This document shows positions 62,570-64,000 of a DNA stretch of 64,000 nt, one piece after another. A program made the translations under genes and the position numbers. Position 1 is the stretch's first letter; every line of letters starts with the position of its first letter. Source of the stretch: Lama glama (Eukaryota); contig CM052817.1 of the NCBI GenBank assembly GCA_028534125.1, positions 68,078,001 through 68,142,000 on the forward strand, read 5' to 3'. A model generated the notes under the pieces. That model did no database searches, had not been told where the DNA came from, and was given only the letters and a program-made list of their open reading frames with translations.

Positions 62570-63382
62570 TGGCACCGTGAAAGGACTGATTTCAGACAAG
62601 GGCCAGCGCGTGGAGGCCTCTGTGGCCTTTCCCTCGTCCTGTGCCTGCTGCCAGACCCCTCTCCAACACCAACCCTTGTTTTCTGAGGAATGCGGGTCAG
62701 GGTTCGGCGGGTATGATTTTAGTAAACAGTCTCTGAATGCTGTGTTTAGGGGCGGAAGCATGACTTTGAGTGCGGCACAGGAATCCTTAAAACGATTCTG
62801 CACTCGCTGTTGTGATGTGAATGCAAATCCTCGGAGCCCCACGCTAGCTCCGCGGTCACGTGTGGGTGAGTCTAGCTGAAAGTCACGAACGCCAGCCCCG
62901 TCTGCTCAGGGCAGCGGACCACAGCGCCGTGGCCCAGGGCACCTGTACACACCCACAGGCACACACTCACCCATAAGCCGTAGGTTACACACAAGCGTGC
63001 TTCCCCTCCTCCCTGCCTCACCTGGTTCACTTTCCTTTCCCTCTCCCCGCCCCCAAGCCCTCGCCCCACACAATGGATTTTTGTTTGCTCCTGTAGCACG
63101 TGAACGCAGTCCCTGCTTTGCCTAGCTCGCTGCAGCAGGTCTCTCAGGTAACAGGTGGCAGCTTCCCCTGTTGGATTCTAAGTATAAAAAAGAATGACCT
63201 CATAGGGGTGGAGCCCTGGGACTCCGTGGAGGTGGCAGTCACAGCCAGGTAACTCTGCAGCGAAGCCGGTTAGTTGGAAGGGGGCAGTTAAACTCTTCCA
63301 GCTGGTGGCTTTACTCTTCACCCTGAGGCCCTTTAGCAACCAGCCACTGCTCGCCGGCCTCTAGAACTTGCCTCTGCCGCTG
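62570..63382 (+). promoter_or_regulatory. ARHGEF38 proximal promoter and 5' UTR
   Basis: CpG-retaining region with TATAAAAA at 63183-63190, GC box CCCCGCCCC at 63045-63053, GTCACGTG at 62855-62862 and ATGCAAAT at 62821-62828. There is no ATG between about 63200 and the start codon. Confidence 0.7.
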
Positions 63383-63578
63383 ATGGAGCCCAAAGAAGTC
63401 CCCGGGAAAGAAAACTTGGGCACCAAGAAAAAGAATCTACCCTTTCTGAGGTCCAGGCTCTATATGCTGGAGAGAAGGAAGACTGACACTGTGGTTGAGA
63501 GCAGTGTTCCTGGGGACCACTCTGGTACCTTGAGGAGGAGCCAGTCTGACAGGACCGAATACAACCAGAAATTACAAG
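63383..63578 (+). CDS. ARHGEF38: ARHGEF38 coding exon 1 (Rho guanine nucleotide exchange factor 38 N-terminus)
   Basis: MEPKEVPGKENLGTKKKNLPFLRSRLYMLERRKTDTVVESSVPGDHSGTLRRSQSDRTEYNQKLQ closely matches the recalled human ARHGEF38 N-terminus. The 196-nt exon ends at a G|GTAATC phase-1 donor, and its position next to PPA2 fits the known gene order. Confidence 0.95.
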
Positions 63579-64000
63579 GTAATCGACAAGAAACCAATTG
63601 CCCCAGGGTACTGCACACCCAGCTCATTTTCTCCTACTCTTCCATTTGCAAAGAAAACATTTAAGGCAGAGGAGAAAATCTAATATTACCTCCTCTATAA
63701 GGAGGAAAATAAGAAATAAGAAAATGAAAGTAAATGGAACTCAGATATTATAGGAGAAATCTATCACATACTCCCGTAGTTAAAGAGCCAGTTCTGAATT
63801 ATTCCTAATATTGTCTAGTCATTTTTTTTTTCTGCTAGTTTCTCCCTTCCTTCTCCCTCCTCCACCCAATTTAAGAAATGGGAAGCACTAGAAAGCAAAC
63901 GATTTAGAAATCTACGAAAGATAGTTTATGTCAGGAGATAGGTGTGAGATGTCACACCATGAGATCTATCTAGGTAATTGTACTGAACTGTGATTGTGGT

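Noticed and set aside
15363..63383. Shared bidirectional promoter for PPA2 and ARHGEF38
   Set aside because: The start codons are 48 kb apart and each gene has its own promoter features.
63368..63664. ORF-track version of ARHGEF38 with a TTG start and a GNRQETN... tail
   Set aside because: Homology starts at ATG 63383 and stops at the donor after 63578; the rest is read-through into the intron.
1..64000. CRISPR-like arrays, operons, processed pseudogenes, and rRNA, snRNA or snoRNA genes
   Set aside because: No regularly spaced repeats, recognisable retrocopy or structured RNA gene was seen by eye. An Rfam/Infernal and BLAST search would be needed to exclude divergent cases.

Overview
This is mammalian genomic DNA, most likely from a camelid (Vicugna, Lama or Camelus): it carries three tRNA-Ala-derived Vic-1-type SINEs and artiodactyl-type L1 3' ends. 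The window spans the divergent PPA2-ARHGEF38 interval (the same gene order as human 4q24). PPA2 (mitochondrial inorganic pyrophosphatase 2) is on the minus strand, with coding exon 1 at 15183-15363 inside a CpG island, a 14.2-kb intron 1, and exon 2 at 869-933. ARHGEF38 coding exon 1 is on the plus strand at 63383-63578, downstream of a TATA-containing promoter. The 48 kb between the two start codons is mostly interspersed repeats (L1, L2, MIR, MaLR/ERVL/ERV1 LTRs, hAT and Tigger fossils) with a few unique stretches. Repeat subfamily names were recognised from memory and need RepeatMasker/Dfam confirmation; repeat boundaries are approximate unless TSDs or TIRs are cited. I found no convincing previously undescribed biological system. 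The best leads are a second in-frame strong-Kozak ATG in PPA2 at the end of the presequence, an HNF4/HNF1 motif cluster, a ZEB/GRHL-type motif cluster at the ARHGEF38 promoter, several unusual L1 insertion structures, and CpG-undepleted patches that coincide with long ORFs.
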